Shown here one piece after another: positions 50,183 to 63,579 of a stretch of DNA of 64,000 nt. The position numbers and the translations under genes were made by a program. How positions within the stretch are numbered: the first letter of the stretch is position 1; each line of letters opens with the position of its first letter. The notes under the pieces were generated by a model. The model was not told the DNA's origin. It ran no database searches and was given only the letters and a program-made list of their open reading frames with translations. The stretch comes from Camelus dromedarius (taxonomy: Eukaryota): positions 66,404,001-66,468,000 of the forward strand of contig NC_087437.1 of assembly GCF_036321535.1 (NCBI RefSeq), in the 5' to 3' direction.

Positions 50183-52999
50183 CTGTGAGAGGACAGAGAG
50201 CAAAAGGTAGGCGACGTGGGGCACCTGGCTCCCCAGGCCACGCGTCTGTCTCCCTGTCCCTTCCCGACACGGACACCAGTCACAGCCTCTGTGGGCCCTG
50301 CCTTTGCCTCTTACCTCGGTTGGGTTCACAGGAAAAGTACCAGTAGGGGCTCATAAAGCTTCCTTCTGTCCGTGCTGGGCTTCCCCAGAGGCCCGGGAGT
50401 CGCTAGGGGCGGAAACCTCGCCTGCAACTTTCACTCAAGAGCTGTCCACAGCGCCTGCGCCAGAGCCCTCTCTGGGCTGCTTCAGCTCCAGGCCCGGCCC
50501 AGCTCCTGTGCCCTGTCCCCTCCCTCCTCGTCCCCAGGCACCCCAGGAGGACCGGGCCATGTTTCCTGAGGGTGGCCTCTTCCTGGATTTCTCCTTCCTG
50601 GAAGAGATAGCTGGAGGAAACCAGGGCCCATCAATGCGGCCATAAGAAGCCCCTTGCCTTCCCCAGTCCCCATTCTAGACTGGGGGACCAGGGGCAGCGA
50701 GAGGAATGGGTAGACCATGGGAAACTCTCTACCTCATTGGACAGAGGTTTTCCCGTTGGGAAAGTGGATTCTCCTGATTGACGGAGGGGAACAGAGAGGT
50801 TCAGAGCAGTGTAATAGTGGAGTGAGCAGCAGGCAGTGCACCCACGCGTCCCTGCATAGCTGCGCCAGGAGGGAGACAATGGAGTGGGTGCCTTTTAGAG
50901 ACCCCAGCACACCCACCCTCCCCGGCAGCCCAGGCATCTTGAACTTCTGCCCGGTCAGTGTGGCCCTAACTTTATCCCCTCCTTTCACAGCTAAGAAGAA
51001 AGGAACAAATTCTTCCTCGGCTCTGGCCTCTGGTTCTGGTCCAGCAGTGTGGAAAATGAAGAACGGACAGGCGTGGCTGCAGAGTGGGCCCTGAGGGCTG
51101 AACCGGGAGGCCTGAGATCTTGGGCCAGCAACCCGCCCAGGGGCATGTTTCACAGATGCCACCCCTACCACCTGCTGGCTTGGGTAAGAGACCCCTGACC
51201 TTACCCGAGAGCCCACCCAGAATGGGTAGGAGGGAAGGGACCCATGTTCATAAGCACAGGCTGTGGATCAGATGTGGGCTGCAGACTGTGCTGAGCTTTG
51301 CAAATTTAGTTCTTGAAGCCTACAAAATTCATCATGTCATCTGCCTGGCACAGATGAGGAAACTGAGTTTTTAAGAAGCCAGATCGCTCCCTGTCCTCTA
51401 AGTAGATGTCAAGCAGAAATTTGAGTCCAGGTCCACCTGATACCAGCATCCAAGCTCTGACCACTACGGTGTATGCTACCTCCCTTGGGGCATCCCAGGG
51501 CAGCACCTGAATGGCCCCACACCCTAGGGCAGTCGACATGGAGGCTGCCGGCAGAATCCAGGGCTGGCTCAGATGTACATCCTCCTCCATGCGGCCGTGT
51601 TGGCCTAAGCCCGCTTGGGGCTCCATCTGAGCTCTTTGCTAGTGGCCAGTTCGGGAGTAGGCTGGGGCCCAGTTCCAGCCCATGTGAAGTAAGGGGGTCT
51701 TCTGAGAAAGGTTCCCTTGTTCTGAGAGAGAGGAGGAGAGGGGCCTCTCTGTTCCTCAGTGAACCATGAGGGTCCTGCCTGAGCCCCTGGCACTTTGCTG
51801 CCCCCAAGGGAGCAGTCCAGGTCAACACCCTCTGATGACAGAAGAGAAGAAAGTACTAACAGCTGAGCTCACCAACCCCTCGAAGCGCTCAGACGTCTAG
51901 ATATGCATGGTGACGTGTTTTCCTAACGGTGAAACACTTTGAGTGGAGGGTTGTTGCTTGGAGCTGAGTGCAGGCCGGCACCGCTGCTGTGTCTGGCCTC
52001 TGTCAAGACCCACAGACAAGGACATTCACTTCCCCCTGGAACATGGGAGCCTTTGGACCTGCCTGGGCTCACCTAGCCCCTGGGACCTGAGAATGCCTGA
52101 AACTTGACCATGTCAGCCCTGAAGCCAGGACTTCTTCACTCTGGGGGACGCTGGCCTGCTGCAGGGCCTCCCTGGGCTGGTCCAGGCCTGGACGGCCCCC
52201 CACCCATGGGTTCTGCCCCCCACCCAGCTGATTGGCAGCCTGGCTTTGGTGGAACTGCAGAGTGGGCCTTGGCACCAGGGTCCGTTTCTATTTAAATATC
52301 TAACCAGCAGGAAGAACTCTGCAGAGGCCAAGTTAGGCTGGCAGTCCCGGGGTCCCAAGTGTGCCCTGCAGTGGGAGCTGGCCTCTGCACACCTAGCCCT
52401 CCTGGAGGGCAGACCGAGAGCCCCTGCCCTCCCTGGCTGGCTTCTTTCCTGCTTGGTCTAAGCCTGTTTGAGCCTGTTGAGCTTTGTTTTTTCTCTTTCT
52501 TCAGCTGGACAGTGTGAGCCTTCTGTGTGTGCCTGCCTTGCTGTGGGATGGGACTTTTTAGTCCTTAATTTTTTGGACCTCTCTGTTCCTAGGTGAGCTG
52601 GTTTGTCATATTCTTCACTTATTTTATGCCTTTCTTTACTTAACACCAGTCCGTAAGAGTGATTTGAACATTTGCATTTTGGATTTTCAAATTCTTTCCT
52701 CTTTTACTGACTCATTTGCTATTTTATTCAAAACACAAGGAGAAACAAAGAAATATCTTAATGGGAAGGGACCTTTCCCAACAGAATGAGAAGACAAAAG
52801 ATGAAGGTTTCCTCTCAGATATAAATGGTTCTCCTGAGACTAATTAGGAGGCCTTTGGACAGGTCACCAGCCCACACTCTGAACCTGGGAGGTCAGGTTA
52901 AACAGAGGCCCTGAGATGGTGCCCAGTGGGCTACTGGCAGAACCCCAGTTAGATGTGACCCAGGGTGTCAGATGGGTGAAAGTTGACTAGTAACTCTAC

Positions 53000-53196
53000 C
53001 TGAAAAAGCCCTTGCATCCTTCACATGTCATGACATTGAAGTGATATCCAGTGGCCTTGTCCCCACATACACGGCAGCTCTGGGGACCCTCCTCTCCCCC
53101 ATCTGTATTGACGGTGGAATTTCCAGAAGCGGAGTCTGCTTCTTCACGGTGCACAAGGTCAGCATGGTGCCAGCTTTCTCCAGCTCTCACCTCCAG
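53000..53196 (-). CDS. NR1I2: NR1I2 (PXR) exon 2 coding part: CTG start, A/B region and first zinc finger ([26 protein letters not shown])
   Basis: The acceptor ttccag| opens the exon at 53218, followed by 22 nt of UTR, then GCAAAG-CTG-GAG. Donor TTCAG|gtagag. 197 coding nt. Confidence 0.93.
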
Positions 53197-55052
53197 CTTT
53201 GCTTCTGAGCCTCTTGGACTGGAAGTGAAAACACCACAGGGAGTGAGAGGGCTGGGCAGGGATGTGCTGAGGCTGTCACCCCGTGTGTCACTCGCATGCG
53301 GTTCTGTGGCTCAAGAGCTGACTTCTTATGAAAGAAACGGAGGTAGAAGACGAGAGTTGCTATAAAAAGAGACGTAACCGTGACAATTTTATACACAGTA
53401 GTAGGGCCCTGGAATAAAACACGTGAATAAGAACATGGTGGGGATGGGGGAGAAAGGTGAGAGGAAGAAATGAGAAGGAGAAAGAAAAAACCATCTGGAT
53501 TGGACCACAGACGTCATACTTACATGGACTGAGATTAGAAGGCCATGAGCTGATCAAAGACCTGAACAGGGAGCCGCTCATGGGACAGGACACTTGTTCA
53601 AGATGGCTTCTGGAATTGGAAAGACCCCAGGGGATGGCCCCTCAGGTGTGTTGTGGTGCAGGTTCCCAGAGAGAGCTGGAAAGGCTGGGCAGAAAGAGGG
53701 TTTTCAACTGAGTAACTAAGCAGATGAGAAGGAGAGGAGTCAGGCTTACGTTGCAGGGAGAAAATAGCCAGGCAGGTCCCAGTCGAGCTGGAGTGTAAGT
53801 GAGTAATCAGAGGGCTGGTACCCATTAATAGAGCTGTGCTCAAGGTGTCCTCCCCAGGCAGCTTTCATCTTTCTTTTCTTTCTTTTTTTTTTTTTAGTTT
53901 TTTTTCTTTTGGTGGGGGAGGTAATTGGGTTTTTATTGCAACTTTCATCTTGAATTCTGTTTCGAATGGGCACTGAGGACGGTGAGTAGAAATTGGAAGC
54001 TATCCTATTTACTACTCTTCACAGAAGTCTCTCTAGGTCACCCCACCACAGATAATGTTGTTTTTGTCTAAGTCAAAAAAATTTTTTTCAGTAAAATGTT
54101 AACACTTGAATTACTGTTTCCAACATCATGACAGATGAGAACTGACAGTCACCTTTAAGGATGAATTAAAATTAACCTGTCCCTTGACCCAGGAGCGCCA
54201 GAAAACTACAAATAAAATAGGCTGACTGGAAACTAGGACTGACTGTGTGGGAATCTCCCTCGATTTTTCACATTATAATCCTGACCTCACACAGGATTGC
54301 AGAAAGAATGCATACTTTGAGTGTTGACAAAAGCCACAAAGAATTTGATTTAAAGTGATCTTGGGTTGATAGTGCTCTCAGACACTCACAGAAGCAGAGG
54401 TTAGTCCTCCTCTCCTCACTTTCCACCTAGACACAAAGAATCACACAAGTAATTTTCAAGAAATATGAGAAAACCCCCACAAATCATGAATCAAAGATGA
54501 ACATGGCACCATGAGCAAAAGCCAGCAAAACAACTTACAGCAGAATGAGACATGCAAAGACCCCTGAATTATCAAACACAGAATGTATTTAAATAAATAG
54601 TAGAAGAGGTTGAACATATAAGGAAAAAGCAAAATACTATAAAATTGCCCAAGCAGATTTGCAAACTGAATAAAATTGACCATAAAATCCTAACAAACAA
54701 TAACTATATAAGCCAATAATAACAGTGTCTCGGGCGTTACAGCAAAACATAACTAAAATATGCAAAAACATAAGTTAGAAGATGGATGATCATGGTAAAA
54801 AATTTCTAAGGTTCTGTACTGAGGGAGGAAAGATTATAATTAATAAAATATGCTTGTTAAGATTTCTAGGTAACCCTAAAATTCCAAAAAAAAGGATGCA
54901 TGACTTAGAAGCAAATAGGAAAGAAAAAAAGTTGAAGAAGAAGGAAAAAATCCAACTAGGGAGATAAAAAGAGATTGAAAAGATGAGACAAATAGAAAGT
55001 GTAAGTTGAGATGGTGGGAAAGAGCAGAAATATTGGTAATTAAGGGTAAATA

Positions 55053-56014
55053 CAGTTGACCCTTGAACAAAACAGGTTTGAACTGAGCACATTCACTTAT
55101 ACACAGATTTTTTTTTCAATAAAAATATTGGAAAAATTTTTGGATATTTGGGCAATTTGAAAAAACTCTCAGATGAACTGCATAGCCTAGAAATATTTTA
55201 AAAATTAAGAAAAAAATTAGTTATGTCATGAGCCCATAAAATATATGTAGATACTAGCCTATCCTTACATAGGCATAATGTAAGTGATGTGTCATATAAA
55301 TAATGTGTATTTTTCTTACTGTTTTATAACATTACTTATGTTACTGTACAATAGGCCTGTCCCGTAATTGGAAAACTGGGTATCAACCTATCACAGGTAA
55401 GTGTTTTTTTAAAATGTAACAATGTTTCCAGTACTGTATTATGAATATGATTGTAATATATATGCCATAAAAATTTTATGACCATTCATTAGTATATAGG
55501 CTAGACCATGTGAAGCCCTCACACTAGACTACCATAAAGCAATCGTATTGCTGCTGCTTTGTTATCAATCCATGAATCATTATACCTGTAAATAAATAGG
55601 AACTTCTTTTGCACATTATCTTTTCATTTTTGATGTCTAGCGTTAGTAACACGTATAGCGTCTGCAGTCTTTTGTATCATATGAGACAATTCTGATGTAG
55701 GTACTGACAGACGATTCATCTTGCAAACAGGTAATGTCAACCTCTGGTATCAGTAAACACAGCACAGTACTGAAAACATATTTTCTCCTCCTTATGATTT
55801 TCTTAATAACATTTTCTTTTCTCTAGCTTACTTTATTGTAAGAATAATACATGTAATATACAACATATATGTTAATCAGCTGTTACCAGTAAGGCATCTG
55901 GTCAACAGTGGGCTCTTAGTAGTTAACTTTGTGGGGAGGGCGTCAAAAGTTATACATGAATTTCCCACTGCGCGGGTGGGTGCCACTAACACTGTGTTGT
56001 TCAAGAGTCAACTG
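55053..56014 (+). mobile_element. Tigger2-family (TcMar) non-autonomous DNA transposon, 962 bp
   Basis: TIRs cagttgacccttgaacaa / ttgttcaagagtcaactg (1 mismatch in 18), with TA target duplications at 55051-55052 and 56015-56016. Confidence 0.92.
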
Positions 56015-56116
56015 TATAGTAAATGTTCTTGTTAAAAGACAGAGACAGATGCATTCAGCTGCTAGCTGGGGCAATCTGTGTTTCAGGACGAGTGTTAGCA
56101 AATAAGGGATGGTCAT

Positions 56117-56234
56117 GGATGTTAACTAGACTCACAGTGATGATCGTTTCACAACATGTACAATATCGAATATTACATTGTACATCTGAAACTAACATTA
56201 TATGTCAATTATACCTTGATAAACATAAATAAAT
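56117..56234 (+). mobile_element. L1M 3' terminal fragment
   Basis: gatgttaactagact...tttcacaa...tgtacatctgaaactaacatt...tgtcaattatacct. Confidence 0.7.
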
Positions 56235-57019
56235 ACTTTTAAAGGGATGGGGCAGAAAGATACTAAAATGGTAACTAACAACTATTGAAATTCAGTGTGT
56301 TAGGTCCTCTGCAAAAGAAAGCTCACTTACTCATGATGATGATGATCACAGTGTTTGTCACTTCACTTAACAAGCCTGTGTTGAGCATCTACCGCACACC
56401 AGATGCTCTGTTATGTTGGTCCTTTTCCAGGTTCTACAAAAGCTGAAGGTCACTCTTTTGGCAGAAATCCAGGATGTGCTATGAAACCGTCACTGCTCAC
56501 AGACACAAAAAGTGTGCCCAAATCAAAGAGCCTTGCAGGAAGGGAAAATTTTACATGTGAGACACTGGAGGAGACCAACCTTCCTTAAGTTTTCAGCTTC
56601 ATTCAGGAGCCATTAGGAATAGTAGACTCCAGGGCTGTGGGGACAGTAGCCGGGATTCCATACATAAATGATCAACTTTGGACAATTGAGGATAGTAAGG
56701 TGGCTGCTCCCTCAGCGATTGGCATCAATGCCATTCCCCAGCTGGAAAGTGACAATTACAATATGATGCATAACTCACTAGGAGCTCAGTAAATGCCACA
56801 CACCAGGAGGATGAATGTCTCCGAGGGCACAGAGGAGAGACATTTACTTAAACTATGTCTGATTAATACTGATACAATCCCCAGTTCCGTAATGAGGAGG
56901 TGTTAGAATGAATGCCAGGACCTCACTCTGGAGCATCTGTATAACTTTGGCTTTGGCCCAAGTTAAATAAGCAGACTCTGGTTCATTCCGCAGCTCATTC
57001 TCCCAGGTTCTCACCCTAT

Positions 57020-57464
57020 TGCAGCCCCTCCCAGGATGAATCACAGATGGTCTGTGACTTGCTTTACCCAGTCAAACGTGGGGAAACAACACTGTGCAGG
57101 TTCTGGCCCCTAAGCCGTAAGGAGGCCTGGTTGCTTCTGCTTTTGCTGTTTGGGGAGCCTAGATCACTATGTGAGAAAGTTTGGCTACCCTGCTGCCATA
57201 CAGTGAGGCCCTGGGGAGAGGGAGAGCCCTGGGATGCGCCCAGCTGCCCCAGCCTTCCAGCTGTCCCTGCCAGGCTCCAGATGAGTGAGCTAGCGCTCTT
57301 GGACCTCCCAGCCCAGTTGAGTGTCCAGCCCATGCCCTGTGGAGCAGAAGGACTCCCAGCTGAGCACTGTCAACCCACAGGATCAGGACAGAAGATCAAG
57401 TGGTGGTTGGTTTAATTAGTAAGTTTGGGGGAGGTATGTTACATGGCAAGAGATCATGGAAACA
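57020..57464 (+). mobile_element. MaLR solo LTR (MLT1, old)
   Basis: tgtgacttgcttt...ttctggcccctaagccgtaaggaggcctgg...taagtttgggg...tgttacatggcaagagat...aca. Confidence 0.65.
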
Positions 57465-60400
57465 GAAGGCCTGGAGTTGTGTCAGATAGAGACGTGAACT
57501 GGGGTGGGTGGGTGCCAGTGGACACCCATAGGCTCCATCCTCTTCCACTCTTCTGTTAGTTTCCCTTACAGAATGATGCCCGTGGGCAGGAAATGACAGC
57601 AACTAGCACGGCACGTGCCAGCCACATCTCTCTCGTGTGAATTTAATAAGACCAGTTAGAGGTGTAGTTTCAACTGCACCATCCAGCTGTGTTTGCTCTG
57701 AGGTTTGCGCCTGTTCCTCACTACTTGGGCGTCTGTAAGATCCAGCCAGCAGAGGGTTGACAGGACCACCTCTTGTATTCCATGAAAGTGAAATACTTCT
57801 GCAGCAAGGCCGTTGTGAAAATAATTAATTGTAAAATCCAGTATCTAGCTGTATACCAAAGATGGGGTAAATTCTCAGCAAGGAAGAGCCATCAATCGAT
57901 GAATGAATAAATTATTGAATTTGCTGTTCATCTGTGACTGGGGCTTGCTGCCCTGAGCACACATGTCCTCAGCCCCTCTCTGGGCCGGGGGATTAATTAG
58001 GAGATTAGCTAGTAGAAGGTGAAGCCAGAGTTTGAACCCAGGTCAAACCCCAAAACATGTGTTCTTAACTCAACATTGCGGTGCATCCCTCACGAAACTT
58101 GCCTCTGAGTGGGCGAACCATTTACTAAACCTCCTTCGTTTCTGCGCAGACGTGCTCCTAGGCAGTTCGCGTCAGACAGAGCCCTCCATGCCGTGGGGTT
58201 CCTCTGAGGGGGCTCTCTATTCTTGGGCAGAAATTGACTCCCCACGGTCCCCAGTTCTGGTTCTAGCACAGGGGACCAAGGCACTTTGCCGTGACTCCGG
58301 CCCCGTTCAGAGGCATTCTGTCCCACACCCTTGGACTTCTCATGGCCAGAGGAGCACGTGTCCGTCCACTGGCTCTTGACCAGCTCTGGGGAGGCTCCGT
58401 CTGTGTTCCACATCCTTCACTTTCTAAGCGGAGGCTCGTCTGAACAGACGGCTGAATGGCTGAAAGGACCTGCAGCTTTGGGGGCTGACGCTGCCTGTTT
58501 TCTGCAGATTCAGTGGTTCTCAAGAAGCCTTTGTATTTAGGTCACTGTTCGTGTTAGGGCCTTTTTCTTGTGTATCTCACCAGCCAGGGCCTTTTACTAA
58601 GCCCTTCAAATACCAGGAGAGGCGAGGGACCTTTGGAGAGCTTTGGGGATGGGCTGCACATTCTGGATGGTTCCCCAGCGTGCTACCTGAGAAATCGTAG
58701 ACGTTGCTGAAGGCTCAGTCCTGGGTACGTGCAGCAGTGGCCTGACCAGGCAGATGTTAAGGTGTGCAGTTACTTCATTTGCTAAGGGCCCCGAATACCC
58801 TATTAAATGAGGGAGAAGGAGGTCTTCCATGAATGACTACATACATGGGTCTGCATATGGGAATGATTCATTGTGACCAGAGCCCAGCTGTCCCACAGTC
58901 ACCTGGAGGTCAGAGGACTTTGGATGTTCCCTGGGGCTGGAGATGGGGCAGGTATTGTCCTGCTCTCGTCATCCCGAGGGCCTAGTCCTGGTGACCTTTG
59001 ACTCATTCTCTCTCCTCACTAACTCCTTGGCGCTCCGGATTCTTATGAATAAAATGGAATGTGCTGGAAGAAGTCAGCATGGCCTTTGGCATGAAAAGGA
59101 AGAGGAGAGTGAGCTATGCGGGGGTGTTGCCACAGGCTGCTCTGGTGGGGAGAGGAGTGAAGGAGGAACTGGAGAGACATGTGCCACTCAGAAGCCAGCC
59201 CAGAGGGAACCCCTGGAGCGGGGAGAGCATGCAGCTCAGGGAGACACGTTTGACTCTGGGGAGAAAGAAAGGAAGGAGAGTGGTGCATCCTGAGACTAAA
59301 CAGTGAGGGGGGACATTCTAAAGAAAACATGGATTGTTTCTGCTGGAGAAAGAGCAAGCATCTTCAGGAGGAAGAGGAGAGGAACGGGGCTGGGAGGCAG
59401 GGGAGAGAGGAGACTAGCACAGGACTCATGGGTGAAAAGGGGAGCAAGGAGAGGGCTGCCGGGCAGCCTGGAGGACGGGAACTAGACGGAACCCAAGGGT
59501 GAGCTGGGACCAGGAGGAGGAGGCTGGGTTCCAGGAGGCTCACACAAGGGCAGAGCTGTTAAGAGGTGCTGGATGAGGACTCACAGCAATTTCAGGTTCT
59601 GAAATTACGCTGAATGAGACCCTGCTTCAGGACCTGGGATTCCCTGATTGTCAGGGGACTAGGCTGCGAGAGGCAGCACACTCAATGTGAATGGATAAAC
59701 GACCTGAGATGGCACAGTGATACAGGATGGATGGCTGATCTTGTCTCCAAACTAGAGAAACACCAGAAAGATGTGTGATGATGCTCGCTCCTCTGCTGCA
59801 GAAGGAACGTGGGAAAGGCAAGGACTGGAAGGAAGGTGCTGGGAAGACTCTGCCTTAGGGGAAAGTAGGAGGGTGGATGGTGATCAACTAGTAACCTTTG
59901 GAGTCAAATATTTAGAGATAGTGTGGGCAGTGCTTTGGCAGCATCAGGGCCAACAGGCCAGGAGTCAGGTATTGATGTGGGAAGTGGTTGTCTTTATGTG
60001 CGAGAAAGAAGAAAACGCCAGTCAGGAGGCCCCCCCCCCCCCCCCAGGTGCTGCCTCTTAGGTTGTGAAGTTTAGCAGAGATGTGGAGCAGGTGAGAAAA
60101 TTCTCACTAGCGCAAGAAACGCTAATGCTGGAAGGGAGGCAAGAGCGAAGCCCTGGTCAGGGTGATGGGATGTAGCTGAGAGATACAGAGAGCGAGTGCT
60201 AAGGAAGTGAGGATGGGGGCCTGTTGTTCAGAAACAGTCCAGAGCAGAGTGAAAGACGTTCAAGACAAAGGGAGGGACATGGCGGCAGAGGGCAGGCAGC
60301 GTTGGGAGGTGAAGAGGGCATATTAACTGCGGCCAGAGAGAAACCGCTGGGGATGGGTGTTTTTCATAAGGTAGCGCAAGAACAGCAGAGAGGCCGCCAG

Positions 60401-61102
60401 TGACTGCTGAGGCCTGAAAAGAATCCCAGAGGGGAAAGCAGACACGCTGCAGTGTCTTGGCCATAAATCAGGGAGCAAGAGCTGCCTGCGTGAACCCAGG
60501 AGAATCATGGCACTTGCCAAAGCAGATTTATGACGTTCCCAGTGAAACGGTTCAGGGCTCATGCTTCAGCAAGGGACCCCAGCCTCACCCCTGCCCTTGT
60601 CTGTCGTTCTGCGCATCCCTTAGGGCAGGTCTAGGTTCTGCATTTGCTCGGGAAAGTGACCCTCCAGGGGCACAGACAGGAGGAGGGTCACTGTGAGACA
60701 CAGGTCGGCTCCACTTCCCACTCCCTGGCTCCCCTGCTGGCCCGGGAGCCCGTGGGTCACCCACCTCGGCCAGCAGCAGACTCCCCTGCTGGCCGCGGGA
60801 GAGAGTTCAAGTTCTCAGTTGAATCAATGGGCAAGCAGAAGTGCCCTTTGTCAGCTTATGTGGGGTCTGGGGCTTATACAATTAGGGGAGTCGTTTCTGT
60901 GGCAAAGAATTCAAAGTAGCAAACATATAATTAGGTACCAAAGAAAATATGTATTTGTGAGAAAGACTGAGGAGAGAAATCACAATAAATTACAACTATT
61001 AAAAAGGACAAGTAACACACATCACAAACTCCTGAAAAATAAGGTAGCATTTCAGTAAATTAATTGCCTGACACACCTCTGGAATATCCTTGATTGTCTC
61101 TT

Positions 61103-61591
61103 TGTGGAAGACAGAATAACAGCACCCCCAAAACATCCCAATCCTAATCTCCAGAACACGTGACTGTTTCCTTACATGGCAAAAGGGTCCTTGCAGCTGT
61201 GGTTAAGGCTACAGACCATGAGCTGCGGAAATGAGCCAGAGTTACCCAAGTGGACTCAATCTAGGTAATGTGAGTTCTTAAAAAAATGTTCCTGGTTTGT
61301 TCCAAGAAAGAGATACAATGATGGAAAAGGGGTCAGATGCTGTGTTGCTGGCTTTGAAGAGGGAGGAAGAGCCCAGGAGCCAAAGAACCTGGGCGGCATC
61401 TAGAAGCTAGAAAAGGCAAAGATTCTCCCCAGAGCCTGCCTGAAGGAACCAGCCTGGCGGACACCTTGATTTTAGTCCAGTGGTACTGATTTTGGACTTC
61501 GGACATCCAGAACTGTGAGTAATACATTATGTTTTGTTTAAGCCACCAAGTTTTTGGTATTATTACAGCAGCAATAGAAAGTGACTTATAC
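61103..61591 (+). mobile_element. MaLR solo LTR (MLT1C/D-like)
   Basis: tgtgg..cagaataa...ccttacatggcaaaaggg...ctagaagctagaaaaggcaa..attctcccc...tttaagccaccaagttt...ttacagcagcaatagaaa. Confidence 0.85.
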
Positions 61592-62317
61592 TCCTCATAA
61601 AATAATGATTTCATAGCGTCATTTTTTAATATAAACAACAGAAAGATAATGAAGTCTTTCCCCTAGAATTGCTGATCAAAATTTGCTTTTGATTATGATC
61701 ATGGAGAAAAGTTTCATCTTCACAAGTATGTTGAACATTGTTGTCAACTTAAGAAAACCTCTATCAAGATTTTTATTTTTTGTTTAAGCCTTCTTATTTG
61801 GAAGGATTTTCCACAGATTAAGTTCTGGCTGCACACATTTCAAACCTCGGCTGCCTCCTTTAGCCTGGGCTGGACATCACAGGTGTGGTAACACGGGCCC
61901 CGCGCATTCCTGGCGGACGGTGGGCGAGCAGGCAGACTGGGGTGACCCCGGAAGCGTGTCCACGCTGGGAGGCCAGCAGTGACTCAGCTCTGCCCGTGAC
62001 TGCAGCCCAGCGCCCAGACCGAATGTGCCCCCGCTGCACGGCACCCAGCCCGACCCTGACTGTGCACACGGCTGTTCCACCACCGATGGCTTCAGGAGGG
62101 AAAATATGATCGTGAGTAGAAACCGTCTAAAACAACTGTGGTTAAATGTCTTGGAAATATTACAAAAGCAAATGACGTGGGGAGGAGCACGTGTGAGTGA
62201 GGCCCAGACACCTGAGTTCCTTCTGCACTGCTCCTGTTTTGCCTATAAAACTACACTGATGTATGCATGAGCCATACATATATATAACTTGTAAAACTAC
62301 ACACATATATGTATAAA

Positions 62318-62342
62318 ACACACACACACACACACACACACA
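62318..62342. repeat. (AC)12 microsatellite
   Basis: Read directly from the sequence. Confidence 0.95.
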
Positions 62343-63579
62343 ACCGAAAAGCCAAGCCACAGAGCCCACTGCAGCCTCCAGGGGACCTTACATCTCAGAC
62401 CAGTGGACAGAGCCTTTACTGCCCTGTCTCCTCTGTGTCACGTGTCGATGCTGATGTCTGGCCCAAACTCCCGGATCAAAGAGGCTAAACAAGAAGTCCT
62501 CGGGGTGGCTCATTTTGTAGATTGGGCTGGGTGGGACTGCTTGTGGTCCACCCCGCCTGCCTCCCTGCCGCACTGTTAACCCTCCATCTTGCTTGAGTGG
62601 CAAAGACGGAGGCTCACTCTTCCTTTGGCAGCTGTGAAGCTGGGAATGGGGAGGGAGTGGGCTTTGGCTGGAAGAGAATGTGTTGGCAGCAAGGTGGGAG
62701 GTAAGGTGAGAGGTGGGATTTTGAAAAGCACAGAGACTGAGGAAAGCTTTTGATAGAAAAAGGGATGCCTCTCCCCTCCCCTCCCGTCAAAAGAAGACAG
62801 GTTGTGTCAGATAAAATGCCAACATTTGTGAGGCAATTACACAAACGGTGTCACATGCGCGTGTGTGTGTGCGTGTTCGCAGCCTCCCAGCTCTGTCCTT
62901 GTGAAGGAGACTCATACACTCGCCCTGCCCGACCTTGCTGGAGGAGGACGCTTGGTAGGCCTGTCTCCCACAGCTGCCCTCAGAGGGGGTCCTGGTTGGA
63001 CCAGGTCCAGGCACCAGAACAAAGGGTCCATGGGCTTCCCGGGGCCTGGGAGGGATGGTGTAATTGCTCTCTCCCAGGGACTAGGGGTCCGCTGACCCAT
63101 TCAGATCCTCTCCTAGTGAATCCAAATGTCAGGTATACAGACAGGGCCAAATTAAAGGGCCCGCTGGCTGGGCTGCTGCCTAGGGAGCCAATATATCCAA
63201 AGGGCACTAAAACATTATTGGAATAAATCAGTACTGAGGTAAACCAGAAATTCTTTCCTTTCCTACCAAAGTAGTCATCACCCTGAGGAGGAGATTTACA
63301 ACACTCCTTAACGACGCAGACCAGCCCCTGTGGAGTGATCGGGGCCCCCATATGCCTGTACACAGGGCCGTTCCAGCCAACCACCTGGGACAACCCTGAA
63401 CAACGTACTGAAATTGGCAGGCAGAACCAGAAACATAATGTGCAGTGTAGGGCTGTCTGCAGGGAATGAGTGGATTCTAATTATCTAAACACTTTTGCTT
63501 TCCAAGTTGTCTGTTTGGAAAATTGCACAGAATAAATGACTTATTTGACTACAAAATACACGATACACATTTTGTATGA

